A program made the translations under genes and the position numbers. This document shows, in pieces, positions 48,801 through 60,377 of a stretch of DNA of 64,000 nucleotides. The notes under the pieces were generated by a model. That model was not told the DNA's origin. It was given only the letters and a program-made list of their open reading frames with translations, and made no database searches. Numbering within the stretch: position 1 is the first letter of the stretch; every line of letters begins with the position of its first letter. Where the stretch lies: assembly GCF_000143415.4 (NCBI RefSeq), contig NW_003314287.1, positions 1,076,203 to 1,140,202 of the forward strand, read 5' to 3'. The stretch is from Selaginella moellendorffii (taxonomy: Eukaryota; Plantae; Lycopodiophyta).

Positions 48801-50932
48801 TCGTACCTCTTCCTTTAACGGAATGCTCTTCTCCACGTCTTCCTTCATGCGACGCAAGAGCCTAGGCCGCAAAACATTTTCTTGAAGATCTTTCACCTGC
48901 ATTGTGGTATCTTAGAACGAAGTAGTTTACATGACCATTGAAGAGATACCTGTTCAATATCTTTGATACTTCCATATTTGTTCATAAAGCTCTCTTCCGA
49001 GTCAAATTTATCTGGATCAAGGAAGCTTAAAAGGCTACTGCTCAAAAGTAAATTTCAGAAACGTCAGAACAAACATTCGCATTTCAACGCAACTTACAAG
49101 AGCTCTTTAGTGTTGTTTTGGATGGGTGTGCCGGTCAAAAGAAGAAGGCCTCCTTGTCTGACATCCATACACCCGAGAGCATGCGCAGTCTTGGATTCTT
49201 TAGACTTCAGCCTGAAACAGCAACATAAACTGTCAAAGTAAAAAGATTTAGCTAGCCTGTACCGGTGGGCTTCGTCAACAACCACGTACTGCCACGACAC
49301 TTTCGCAAGAAAGCTTCGGTCTTTCATTATGATTTCAAAACTGCTCAAAAGAACCTAGAAACAAAATTATCAGTTTTACCAGCTTAAAGTGAGAACAATT
49401 TTCTTACAGTAAATTTCGGATTTCCTCGTGGACTCCAGAACTCGTACTGTTGAATTATAGCACGATCCTCCTGGCTTCCCATGTAAACGACACAATTCAT
49501 ATCAGTCAGCGATTCGATTTCTCTTTGCCAGTGACCGAGCGTTGATACAGGCGCGACAATCAGGAATGGTCCCTGAATCCTTTTCTTGTAACGCAAGTTC
49601 TCCAGCATCGCAACAGACTGTAAGCATAGGATTTAGCATTGTGAGAAACGAAATGAAAAGACTTACCTGTATAGTTTTCCCCAGTCCCATTTCATCGGCA
49701 AGAATGCAGTTCACCTTAAGGTGGAAGTTCCGATCCAGCCATGCCACCCCGTCCTTCTGATACTCACGCAGTGCACGTCCATCTTCGAAGCCTGTAGATA
49801 TATTGCGAGGCTTTGAAGACGGACCAAATGCTCTAAATTTAGCGAGAGCTGCTTTCTCTGCCGCCATGGACTCTTCGATTTCCCAGGTCGCATCTGTGTA
49901 TGGGAGACCTTTCCACTTGACGTAGACTTTCTTTGTTCTCCCGCGCTGCTCAAGTGCTACCACCCTGTCGACGATGAGGTACTGCGGATCAAAGGCAGGA
50001 CCACTTTCAGCAGTCCCCAGATGTCCATCAACTCTTCCAAGCGCATCTAAACGCTTGTGGAAGCTCCGCAGGAGTTGAGGGGAGTACTTTTGCAACACCG
50101 CCTCTGTGACGTTCACGGCATTCCTGTAGCTTCTGCCATACTCCTTGACGCAATACACCGCAGCACCGCTTGATCGGTTTCTCACCGCCAGTATCTTCTC
50201 GGCTTGCTTGAGTACCTTGGCAACCGGCCGAAAAGCTCCTTCAACTTCCAATCCATGCATGGTAACCGCATAACGAGGCGACCGCACTGCTTGCTCGGTC
50301 CCATCTTCCGACTCACTGCTTGCGCTATCATCGGTCCCACTCGCCGAAGAAATCACCTTCTTACACCAGTACTTTTGCAGCGTTCCTTTGGCAGTCCCTT
50401 TCCCAGCAAGTTTAGCAGCAGTGCAAGCTCTTCTTGGCCTTCCGGAATTTGTCACTCCAGCCGATGGTTCCTTCTTCACCTGAACCCAACCATTTGCCGC
50501 CCGACCATTTGCTACTTTGTTCTTATATTTCCTCCCGGCATTCCTCGTATCCTTCTCGGCTTTACCATCACCATCACTATTCGAATCCGGAACATAGAGA
50601 TCACTGTCGAAATCTGGCACAGCGATGTCATCTTCCACTTCATCCTCGCTCGACGAAGACGACGAGGCGTCCTTGTAATCAACTTTCCCCACATCCCGAG
50701 TTTCTCTGGCTGATCGCTGCTTCCTTATTGGTGTCGACTGGAAGAACACATCACTATCACTATCTTCCCGACCGTTTAGAAGCGTAGAGAGTACCTTGCG
50801 AGAATTCCTTACTGGGCGGACGACACGCCTCACGGCCATCGCGATATTTCCATCCGCAGAGGAATCGTCCGAGATCTCCTCGGCCGGCGCTTCGGCCATC
50901 GGCGCCGCATGCTTGCGCTCCCTCAGCTGCAT
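45832..50932 (-). CDS. Chromodomain SNF2 ATPase of the CHD family, CHD6-9/kismet-like (multi-exon)
   Basis: Chromodomain [14 protein letters not shown], then [74 protein letters not shown] and [15 protein letters not shown] at 50932 follows a probable 5'UTR intron; the 3' exons are less certain. Confidence 0.9.
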
Positions 50933-51109
50933 TTCCTGGAAAATCCCTAGCACCAGAACTTGGATCGCATTCCTACCTCCGAGAAGAAACCCTCGCGCGT
51001 TGCCGAAGAACCCTAGACCGCTAGAATTTGAATAAAGAGCGGGAAAAGTCCACAGTCTCGAACCCCAGATCTTTAAAAAACTTTATGCCATGATCTGGAA
51101 CTTCACTGC

Positions 51110-53152
51110 CTACGCATCGTCCGAGGATATGAAAATTTTGTAGAGGGGGAAGCTTTGACAAAGAATGCTTGACGTGAGCTTGTGGTTTGCGGGGCCAAAA
51201 GCTTGAGAGACGCCGAAAACATGGATCACTTGTTGCTCTGGAGAATGCTCCATTTTACCACCTCCCATCGGCTCCACCTGTGGAAGAAAAGAAGATTGCA
51301 TTTCGATCGATTGTTCTTCACGAGATACCTGTAAGCCCAACGGTGTGACTTCCCTTTGGAACGCTTCGAGTATATCGGTGTGGAAAAGCAGCTCCTTGTT
51401 GCCTCTCACAACCTGTAGGAGGATCTCAAGTCTATAGTGCTTTGAAATTGAGAGAAAGAAGACGAACCAGTTTTTGGTTGCCACTGGAATCCTTCACGCG
51501 GATCAGTACATACTTGAACTTTCCTGTTCACGAACTACAATTTTAGAAACGTGAAACGAAACGAGAATGCAGGCTACCTTCGTCGATTTCGGTGGTTTGC
51601 ACGTCCTTTCCTGCCCAGGAGTCCTCAGTATCACTCTCTATCCATCTCTCCATCAGTAAACGAGCAATTGCATGCTTTCCAGGAACGCTGAAGTTACACG
51701 TTGATTTGTTCATCAGGACAGCCTTGAGAAAGTCTTGGTGAACCCATCTAGCATCCTGAAGAAAAAGAAAGAAACAAGGTGCCAGGTGAAGCTGTAGAGT
51801 TGCAGTTTCTAACTTCGTTTACCTCTAGCTCACTGGAGTTTGCAGCAATCTTAGGCAGCGTATCACAATCATGAACGCCAGCAAGTACTTCATCATCTGT
51901 GAGCTGCGATTTTGGCTCCAAAAACTTGCCATCGGCCTCACCAACAAATCCTACCATCAGGGAAGATGGAAAAGGCCATGGTTGATTGGCCACGTACCTG
52001 AAATGTGGAAGTTGCTTACCAGCTGACAAAGGATCAAAAGCTTACTTGATACTCGACGGATTCACGTCTATATTCGCCTCCTCTTTCACCTCTCGAACTA
52101 CAGCTTGCTCAAAAGTTTCTCCAACTTCTACAAATCCTGCAAGCAAGGAGTAGCGACCTTGCTCCCATTTATTCTGCAAGGAATATATACACGAACGTCA
52201 AGAAGAGAAGGAAAGGAGAACTCGCCTGTCGTCCAAGTAATATGTACTTGCCAAACGAAACAAGTACTATAATGGCTGGATCCTGGCACAAGAAGTTCTC
52301 AACTCAAAACTGCCGGGCACAAATCAAGGAAAGCTACCATGAAAGCTTAACACGCAGAACGTGTTTTATACCAGGCGTGGATATATCGAGTTCTGGCATG
52401 ACTGCAACGAGCACTTCAGACAGTGACCAGCGTGATGGGAGATCATCCTAGAACCGCACAATCCACAAAACCTCTGCCACAAATCAAAGCAGCAAAAAAA
52501 GATAAATCGAAGATAGTTTCTCAGACACAAGTAAAGTGCTTACATTTCTCGAGTTCCACTCCACCATTCCACGAGCGTAGGCAAGGAGTCCTGCGTGAGA
52601 AGCTCGCAGCTCGGGACCATATCTTCGGAGATCCACCCATTGTCCCTCCGTCTGCCAGTCACTGCTAGAAAATCCATCACAAATGTAAGAACACATTCAT
52701 GAGTAAAGACCACCATCTTACGAGGACTGTTTCACATCGACGGCAAAAACCGGCAACCGATCCGGAATCGTCAATCCCAGGAAAATTCGTTTGTCTGAGT
52801 CCAACTTCTCTGGAGAGAAAAAAAGAGCTTGATCACACTTGACAAAATTCTTGTTTCCCTGAACTGGCACGGCCTGCAAGAGAGAAGAATGAAACAAGAA
52901 GCAAGAACTAGGTAGTAAACTTTCGTACCAGTGCTTTTGGATCGGCATAAGCTTGTGAAATAAACTTTGAGTCTAGGCGGAGCTCGGTAGCACGATCAAT
53001 GCCAGCATCTGCATAAAACGTCTGGCAACGCAACCAAATTCTTCCTCAATTGCCGCAGAGAACGAAATAAAAATCAAAGAAAACTCGCGGAAAGAGAATA
53101 CCTCCGAGTAATGCGATACAGTAGAAGCTCTGATGAGCCGCGCATGCGCCAT
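51110..53152 (-). CDS. NudC-type NADH pyrophosphatase (Nudix) fused to a C-terminal PHPT1/Janus phosphohistidine phosphatase domain
   Basis: Spliced exons: FYADAGIDRATELR, WVDLR, FCGLCG..CSLQSC..YPR zinc ribbon, Nudix box AGFVEVGETFEQAVVREVKEE, NQPWPFPSSLMVG, DARW..VPGKHAIA. In frame after these come IDEGKFKYVLIRV..VVRG..FHTDI..GGGK..IHVFGVSQAFGPANH. Confidence 0.85.
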
Positions 53153-54030
53153 GAAATTCCTTGACCACAATTTCACACAGCCTCTTCTCCCTGACCAAAA
53201 CCAAATCCAGTCGATCGAGGCTCTGGAGCGCAATTTCAAGCGCTCTCACCTTGCTGGAGGAGAATCCGGGACGAAACAGGAGAATGCCACAGCCCCAGCG
53301 TCGCCATCATCGATTTGCCCTAGGCTCCGAGCTTCTATTTTCTAAAGAGGGGGATATTCTTCCTTCGTTTGATTTGTACGAGACAAGATAGAATTTCGCG
53401 GGGCTTTGTCGTGTTAAAACGAATGCCCAAATTCTTCTCCACTCTTTCCTCGCTCGTCCTGATCGCTATGTCTTCCTCGTCTTGCATTTGCTCTACCGGA
53501 TGTAAGTGCACTGGGAATTGCACGTAAGTAGCTTGAAAGAAGCTTTGTTTTCCTTCTCACGACCATTTCTCTACTTCCAGCTGCAAGATCCCGCATCTGA
53601 CTACCAGGTAAGAGATCGATCGAGTTCAAGGAGAAAAAACTTGAAAAAGCTTCTCTTTTCTTTCTCTTTTTTTTTTTGTTCCAGTATGGATGCCACTGCT
53701 CGGCGTGTTCTTGCTCTTCTTCCAACTGGTAGCGCTCCTGCCGAGAGTGCTGGTGGCTACGAGCTTGAGAAAAGCTGTGCTCCTTCTCAGTACGCAATTG
53801 GCGAAGAAATTGCCACTGCTTTTAATGTCTAGATAAGAAAACTCTGCAACAATGCTCTAGAATCAACCCACCAATAACAGCTGAACCTTTCGCCCTCTCT
53901 CAAATCACCTAGAAGAAGAAAAAAAAGAAGTCCGGGCACCGACATATACAAAGCTGCTGCTGGTTAGTAGAGATCCGCCCAGGATTGCTAGAAATCGCAT
54001 ACCAGCATTTTCAGTAGCCAGCCACGCAGT

Positions 54031-54717
54031 CTAGTCATTTGCCGTCCAGCTTTGTTCCACGACTGCTCGAACTTTCTTGTTATACTCTCGCCTGTTCTCG
54101 TTGTACATGCGCGCCGCCTCGGAGTTAGCAGGAGAGTTTGGGTTCGGATCGCATAGCAAAGACTGGAAGAACAAGAACAAAAAGAAAAACTTGGAGTCAG
54201 TGTTCACAGCTCAACACTTCCAAGCAAACCTGGATCGATGTCAGTATTGCGGCAACATCATAAATCGGGCTCCACTGATTTTGGAGGATGTCGAGACAAA
54301 TGCTTCCATCGGCATAAACTGCGAGAGCGCGTAAGGAAGATAGACACTACGAATAAACGAACTTACTGTTGGGATGGAACATCTTCGACACAAACCGGAC
54401 ATTTGGCGGTTTGTTGGGATAGTCCTCCGTGAACTGTAACGTAAGCTTGAACGTACCTGACAACGAAAAAAAATTCTATCACAAGAAGGAAAAAGACGAG
54501 TTTTGGCTCACCTCCATCCCATGGCGTGTCGTCAGGCCTGTAAGAAAGAACCGACATTCAAAAACCCTAAGAAAGGTTTCGCGAGAACTCACCCGAAGAT
54601 CACAGCATTCCACAACATGATATTGTTGTCCTGTGGAGCGCCGCTGATGCCTGCCGGAGGATCATGCTGTAGGCGCTTGAAATCTCGCATCAGGCGCTTC
54701 CTCGCCGGCGTAGACAT
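54031..54717 (-). CDS. UBC2: Ubiquitin-conjugating enzyme E2, RAD6/UBC1-2 type (5 exons)
   Basis: [42 protein letters not shown]|PDDTPWDG|..FHPN|[22 protein letters not shown]..|..VEQSWTAND*. Confidence 0.96.
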
Positions 54718-54925
54718 CCTTGTGCTCGATCACTCAAGCCCTAGCACGGCGGCGCGCGGACAACGATGCGCCTAGATCTGTAGCATCGGCGTTCACGGCA
54801 CTCCCAAGCCCTACAAAATGAGAGACCGAATAAGAACTGCCACGTTGGCACGATTAAGACCGTTGGATGTAAGGAAATCAACGGCCAGCTGGCATGGTGT
54901 TAGGGTTTTTGCCCCGCGCAGGAGG

Positions 54926-56942
54926 ATGTGGAACACTCGATCGATCGATGCTGTGCTGCTGCTCGTAGCATTCTCCTTCTCTCTGTCTCGCGCATTCGTG
55001 CCGCCGGGATCCAAATGCTACGCTCTCGACGGGAATTACCGCCTCCACGATTTTGTATCCTTCGATTGTTCGTGGTTTGTCCGTGAGCATTTTACTTAAC
55101 GTTTTCTCCCAGACGCAATGGATTGGGCATCAGTTCGAGCACTCCAGCAACGTGAGTAGAATGACTGTTCTCTTTCCTTGAATTTATGTTTAAATTCTTT
55201 TGTTCAGGATGGAGATTTTGTACTGCGATTTTGTAAAGACGTTCAGCTGAGATCAAACAAGGTACTCTCCTTGTTTTTCTTTTTGTTCGATTGAGCTATC
55301 TTTCGATTCATTCAGGGATATGTAAACTATGGTCGTTTTGTTCCTCTTCTCTCGACCAGCGAGAATGGAAATTTTGTGCAAGTAAGTCTGGATCATCTTT
55401 ATCAGATTATATGGGATCACTAAGGATTGGATTCTGTAGCACTACAACCAAGGTGATTTGCAAGGCTGTGAAAACAATGGTTTCGACTTGAGTGGCCGGA
55501 ACTCCGAGGTAGAAGAACATTTCGTTTTCTCTATACTTTTATTCAGCTCAGAGAACTTTCAGGTGTCAGTCAGTTGTGGACGCTGCGATGGCACGTCGTG
55601 TACAGGTATTGTGTGCTTGATTTCTTTCTTTTCATTTCAATTGACGTGGTATTTACTTTCAGACTCCTTTGGATGCATTTGCAATGTGACTTCAACTCAA
55701 TCAAGTTGCAGGTATTCTTTCCGATCTCGTAGAATCAAATCTCAAAGTTTCACCAAAAAAATACTATTCGATGCAGCTCAAAAATCGTTGCGGCTGTCAA
55801 ATGCAGCGAAGGGGGTCCTCGCGTGATCAAAGGCTTCACAGTGGGATTCAGTCCGCGTGGGAGAGAAATAGTACGTCCAACAAGCTACTTTGTCGTGGTG
55901 ACACATATTATTCGTGTTCGCAGGTTGAAAATGGCATCACACAGTGGGGCTATGACAAGTTTCACTCGGATTACAGGTGGATTGGATCTTTTTATTGCCG
56001 TCTTTTAGCTAATGGAATCTTCGATTTCAGTTTTTCCACAGAACAGAGAGCTGTGTCCCTATATTTTACAGCACCTACAGCACTGTCCAGATTCGTTAAG
56101 AAACCGTCTTTCACGGTAAGATTTTTTCACATATCTTCAATCCACAACAAAGCTTTCTGTCTGCAGGTGAAACCAAGCAAAGGACTAACAGTACAATTGG
56201 CTGGTTCTGCTGCAGAGGGCGAATCGCCAACAACAGAATCTCCTACTGTTTTAAGCGTGGACTGGCAGTGTATGTCATCTCTTGTCCTGTGATTTTATTC
56301 TATCTATAATTCTCTTCAGGTGATAAGCCCACCGGAGGTCCTTACGTCGTCACTGTGAGTGTCCCGGCAGATGGTTTCAATCCGGTCGTGTTCAACTTGG
56401 GAAAAGAGTGTGGTAAGAAGTTTTATAGCTCAAATCCTTCACACGTAATGCATTGCTCGCAGAACACAAGCAAAAATCCCAGGATGGCGGCTCAAGCGGC
56501 TGGGCGACTTTCGGAGTAATCTGTCTTGTGTACGTAGCTCATACCCGTCTCTGGATTTCCACAGTGTCTAATCCTTTCTTCGTGTTTTTGTAGCGTCATA
56601 CTCGTGTTGGGCTGCTGCTGTTGCGGTGGCTTCTGCTACAACACTCGAGTTGAGCACAAGGTATTGAGGATGATCAATTGCCAAACACTCACAGTTTTTG
56701 TTGCCTTGAATCATCAGCATGGCTTCGACGCACTTCCCGGAGTGACAACTCTTGCTCGCTACCTTGACTCCGTAAGCCTGCTTTTCCTTCCTTTCTCTAT
56801 CACAGCTCATCGCTTTCACTTTTCATTTTAGGCGTCCGGTCAAGCTCGCTCTGATGGCTATCGCCCAGCCGAGGACGCGTCGAGCACAGCACCCTCGAGA
56901 CCCACGAGAACTTCTGATAGTAGCAAATATGGGACCGTGTAA
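54926..56942 (+). CDS. Conserved plant type-I membrane protein (At4g36440-like), multi-exon
   Basis: Signal peptide, CYALD, VLRFCKDV, GFTVGFSPRGREI, GITQWGYDK, FSTEQ, SPTVLSVDWQC, TM GWATFGVICLV..CCCCGGFCY, HGFDALPG, C-terminal KYGTV*. Confidence 0.82.
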
Positions 56943-56972
56943 GTTCGCTATGCAATCTTCCTCCAGGGTCTA

Positions 56973-58574
56973 ATGGAGTACGAGAACTTTGTTCGCCTTC
57001 TTAAAAGCTGTGGAGATCTCGCAGCCGCGAGAAAGATCCACGCTCTCATCGCCAGCAGCGAGTACAGGGGACGGATCGTCCTCGCTAATCTCACAGTCGA
57101 AATGTATGGCCGATGCTCGAGCGTGGAGGACGCAAAGAGAGCCTTTGACGAGATCCAGTGTCCAAATTCCTTCTCCTTGAGCGCGCTGATGCTGGCATAT
57201 TCCCGGAACGGGCATTGGAGGCACGCGAGGGAGGTGTTTGGCGCGATGCTGGAGAGAACTTACGTGGTGTGGAACTCCCTCCTGACGGTATATGCCCGTA
57301 ACGGGGATTTGGAGGATGCGAGGAGGATATTCTGGCTAATGCCCAGCTGGAGCGTCGTGACGTGGAGTGCAATGCTGGCGGCCTTTAACGTGAAGGAGAT
57401 GTTTCACGAGGCGAAGAAATGGTTTGAAAGTATGCCCGAGAGAAACGTGGTGGGCTGGACGAGCATGATAACGGCAAATGCCAAGAAAGGGTATATCCAA
57501 GACGCAAGGATTCTCTTTGAGAAGATGCCCCAGCACGACGTGGTGAGCTGGACGGAGATGGTGGACACGTATGCGCAGCGTGGCGGTGATGTGGCAGAGG
57601 CGCGGGAACTTTTTGAAAGAATGCCAGCTAAGGATGTGGTTTCTTGGAGCGCTATGGTCCAGGGCTACGCGGGGAGCGGTGATCTCGATCACGCACAGGC
57701 AATGCTCGATCGGATGCCGGCATTCAGCGTGATCGCGAGCAATGCCGTGATGCATTGCCTGGCACAGCGCGATCGATTCTGCGAGGCCCTGGAGATCTTC
57801 CATCGAATGCCGGTCAAGAGCACGGTGTCCTGGAATATTTTGATGGCCGCCTCGATCCAGCGGGGGGAGATCGGCGAGGCCAAGGCTCTCTTCGATCGGA
57901 TGCCAGGTAGGGAGATCGTGGCGTGGACAATGCTCATCGCAGGATACTCTCACGCAGGAAATCTCTCTCTCGCCAAGAAATTCTTCGATAGGATTCCCCA
58001 GAGGAACCAGTTCTCATGGAGCAGCATCATCGCGGCCTACGCGAAGCTGGGACATCTCGATTCCGCGCTCGAGGCATTCCACAGCGTACCAGATCCGGAT
58101 GTGTTTTGCTGGACGGCGATCGTGGCAGCATTCGCGCAGAAGGGACTCGGCGACGACGCGATGGAGCTGTTCCAGGCGCTGATCCTGGAAGGGATTGAGC
58201 TCGACAGCGTCGCATTCCTGACGATCCTCTCGGCATGCAGCCACGCAGGGATGCTGATCCAGGCGCGCTACTTCCTGGATCGGATGAGCAGCGACCACGG
58301 CATCGCGCCCTCGAAATCTCACGTCAGCTGTGTCATCGCGATGCTGGGGCGCGCCGGCCAGCTGCTAGAAGCCGAGGGGCTGATGATCGACACCCCGAGC
58401 AGCGAGAATGCGGTCGAGGATCTCCTCCCCGGCTGGATGGCACTGCTGGGATCGTCCAGAGTCCACAGCGAGATCGAGCTGGGGGCTCGAGCGGCGGCTA
58501 GGGTCGCGGGTCTCAACGCCTGCAAGGGCTCCTCTTACGTCCTTTTGGCGAGCGTGCTACATGCGAGCGCATGA
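56973..58574 (+). CDS. PPR protein, PLS class rich in 31-aa S motifs, E domain, intronless
   Basis: Tandem FxxMPxxxVVSWxxM repeats, SACSHAG, HVSCVIAMLGRAG, SSYVLL. Confidence 0.92.
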   Translation: MEYENFVRLLKSCGDLAAARKIHALIASSEYRGRIVLANLTVEMYGRCSSVEDAKRAFDEIQCPNSFSLSALMLAYSRNGHWRHAREVFGAMLERTYVVWNSLLTVYARNGDLEDARRIFWLMPSWSVVTWSAMLAAFNVKEMFHEAKKWFESMPERNVVGWTSMITANAKKGYIQDARILFEKMPQHDVVSWTEMVDTYAQRGGDVAEARELFERMPAKDVVSWSAMVQGYAGSGDLDHAQAMLDRMPAFSVIASNAVMHCLAQRDRFCEALEIFHRMPVKSTVSWNILMAASIQRGEIGEAKALFDRMPGREIVAWTMLIAGYSHAGNLSLAKKFFDRIPQRNQFSWSSIIAAYAKLGHLDSALEAFHSVPDPDVFCWTAIVAAFAQKGLGDDAMELFQALILEGIELDSVAFLTILSACSHAGMLIQARYFLDRMSSDHGIAPSKSHVSCVIAMLGRAGQLLEAEGLMIDTPSSENAVEDLLPGWMALLGSSRVHSEIELGARAAARVAGLNACKGSSYVLLASVLHASA

Positions 58575-58809
58575 GAGGTACGGAAGTGGCCATGGCCCAG
58601 TAGGTGGTACGGGCAAGCGTTGTTTTCTTCTGCCAGGCCTTGCCCTAAGGTTGCTCCAGTCGCGGCTGCTGGATCTGCCCAGCGCTCCCTTCCAAGGTAG
58701 TACCAAGAAATCTTCTTTTTCTCGGGGCTGCGGCGCCGCGGCCAGGGAAATCCTTCTTCTTCCAGCTTGGGCGAGGGCAATTTGCAACAAAGAGGGGAAA
58801 AATCTGAGG

Positions 58810-59841
58810 ATGGTTGGAGGTGGAATCAGCCAGAACACGTTTGCAGCACTCGAGAGCCGCCGTCGCAAGAAGAAATCGGACAAGGAGGCGGCTTCGGGCA
58901 AGAGCGAGAGGAAGGAGGAGCCGCCGGCCCAGCAGGTCTGGGCTCCCGTGCCTGTGACCGTCAAGTCGTGGGCGGATGTGGAGGACGACGATGACGACTA
59001 CTACGAGACCACCGCGCCGCTGCCACCGACATGGCAAGTCCAGCAGCAGCAGCAGCAGGAGCAGAGCAAGGAGGAGAAGGAGCTCCTCGAGGTATGAACA
59101 AAGTTCTAAAAATCCGTGTTTTCGGCTTCGCTGGTTTGATGAATTCTTTTTCCATGTTTAGCTTAGGAAAGTGAGGGTGATGAGGATATAGAAGAGGAGC
59201 CAGAGGACGAGGAGGCGGAGAATGAGGCCTCGGAGGAAGCTCCCGCAGCGGAGTCTGCTTCCACAGCCTCAGCTGCTGCAGCCGTGGCGCGCGAGCCCGA
59301 CCGGCAGCTCTCCAAGAAGGAGCTCAAGAAGAAGGAACTCGCGGAGCTGGACGCCGTTCTAGCCGAGCTCGGCATTGCCAACGAAACAAGTGAGTGATCA
59401 AAGCCGCGATTTTTTTCTACGTCTTTGTTACTGATCTTACGCCGATTTGCAGAAGCTTTGGAGCCGCTTGACGAGGCCAAGGCCGTGGAGGCGAGCGAAG
59501 AGACGGGTGAGGCCTCCAAGGAGGCGAGCAAGTCCGCGAAGAAGAAGAAGCCGAAGAAGGAGAAGTCTTTCAAGGAGGGAGACGTGCCCCCAACGCCGGA
59601 TGCCGAGGCAAGCAGTGCTAAGGAAGAGGCGGCGGTGGTGGCGGCGATGGCGGCGGATGGCCAGGTCCAGGATCCAAAGGAGATTGTCAAGAGGCTGGCC
59701 TCGATGAAGAAGAAGAAGTCGGGCAAAGACGGCGACATGGCTGCCAAGGCCGCCGCTGCGGAGGCCGCCGCCAGGGCCGTGAAGCTCGCCGCCGCCAAGA
59801 AGAAGGAGAAGCATCACTACAATCAACAGCCGGCACGATGA
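58810..59841 (+). CDS. Conserved acidic/Lys-rich plant protein (At4g32610/At2g25670-like), 3 exons
   Basis: MVGGG..NTFAALESRRRKKK, WAPVP..KSWADVEDDDDDYYETTAP, RQLSKKELKKKELAELDAVLAELG, KKKEKHHYNQQPAR*. Confidence 0.85.
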
Positions 59842-60034
59842 GTTTTTTGAGAGCCGAGAATTCTCTACGATCGCGCAGGTGTTGTCTTCGTTTTCTTTTG
59901 TTTCCTTCGTTGTTCTTCATCGCGGATGATTTCTTCCGCAGTTTCTATACGCAAGGTTTTGTAATAAAGAAAAGTGCAAGCTTGGTTCTATGCTTTCGAT
60001 CACTTCCTTTGGTCTACGCAACATTCTACTCATC

Positions 60035-60115
60035 TCTAGTATAGTCCCATTGCACTTTTAAACTAGTATAGTCCAGAGCCATTCCACTTTTAATCTCTAG
60101 TATAGTCCAGAGCAA
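60035..60115. repeat. Three short degenerate tandem repeats (CTAGTATAGTCC..)
   Basis: CTAGTATAGTCC occurs at ~60036, 60063 and 60097. Confidence 0.7.
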
Positions 60116-60191
60116 GAGCCCTAAAATTTACCGACGAACACTTTCTATCCTTACCGTCCGTGCGTGATCCAACGGCTGTTAACCGCGCAAA

Positions 60192-60199
60192 CCACGTCA
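60192..60199 (-). promoter_or_regulatory. UPRE-like element TGACGTGG upstream of the ER chaperone gene
   Basis: CCACGTCA lies ~180 bp before the ATG; TGACGTGG is the known unfolded-protein-response element. Confidence 0.55.
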
Positions 60200-60377
60200 T
60201 AGCCGGCATGGGGAAATATTTAGGTCTCGTCTTGGACAGATCGAGGGTTCCAGGGACTGCTGGGAGGAAGCTGGAGCGCTTTGATCGTGGCGCCCGCCGG
60301 ATGATGCTTGATCGCACCGGGATCGGCTTTCTCTGAAGCAGGCCTGCAGTCTTCGCCCTAAGGAGCTCGATCGATCG

